Origin: a virus
Lineage: Duplodnaviria; Heunggongvirae; Uroviricota; Caudoviricetes
Strand: one strand, 5' to 3'
IMG/VR virus record: IMGVR_UViG_2547132415_000017
Span: 1 to 6,970 of that record
DNA: 6,970 bases
The notes below the pieces were generated by a model, which saw nothing but the letters and a program-made list of their open reading frames with translations, was not told the origin of the DNA and ran no database searches. Positions within the stretch are counted from its first letter, which is position 1. Every line of letters starts with the position of its first letter. Position numbers and translations under genes: made by a program. This document shows, one piece after another, positions 6,879-6,970 of the stretch.

Positions 6879-6970
6879 TAGACTGGCCCCCTGAATCTCC
6901 AGACAACCAATATCACTTAAATAAGTGATAGTCTTAATACTAGTTTTTAGACTAGTCATTGGAGAGCAGA
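6879..6970 (+). mobile_element. IS2 insertion sequence, left terminal inverted repeat and leader (partial; continues beyond the window)
   Basis: TAGACTGGCCCCCTGAATCTCCAGACAACCAATATCACTTAAATAAGTGATAGTCTTAATACTAGTTTTTAGACTAGTCATTGGAGA... matches the IS2 left end as I recall it, the region just upstream of the transposase orfA start. Recognised from memory, not by search. Confidence 0.8.

Noticed and set aside
1-6970. CRISPR arrays, tRNA or rRNA genes
   Set aside because: No regularly spaced direct repeats and no structured-RNA hallmarks seen by eye. The only repeats are the protein-level fibre repeats and the inversion sites.

Overview
This window appears to be the end of an enterobacterial prophage tail-fibre module, followed by an AT-rich accessory gene and the edge of an IS2 element. 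All calls are from reading the sequence and the ORF track; no searches were run. (1) 2..2503 (+) is the 3' part of a side tail-fibre gene with an Ala/Ser/Thr-rich repeat shaft. (2) A Mu G-segment / e14 P-segment-type invertible cassette lies between near-identical inverted crossover sites at 1533-1566 and 4578-4611. It holds two alternative fibre C-terminal cassettes (+ 1546..2503; - 3599..4603) and their two convergent tail-fibre assembly genes (2506..3039 +; 3068..3595 -), separated by a bidirectional hairpin. (3) The adjacent serine invertase gene (from GTG 4666) is a pseudogene: a stop after codon 64 and an unrecognisable 3' remainder, so the switch is probably locked unless an invertase acts in trans. 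(4) 5066..6397 (-) encodes a very AT-rich polytopic-membrane GGDEF diguanylate cyclase with intact GGEEF and RxxD motifs. (5) Upstream of it is an AT-rich leader, a minus-strand terminator hairpin (6656-6692) and the left end of IS2 (6879 to window end). I see no CRISPR array, tRNA or rRNA. I found no clearly novel system; the most interesting points are the frozen inversion switch with an intact silent cassette, and the compositionally foreign GGDEF gene wedged between the prophage end and IS2.
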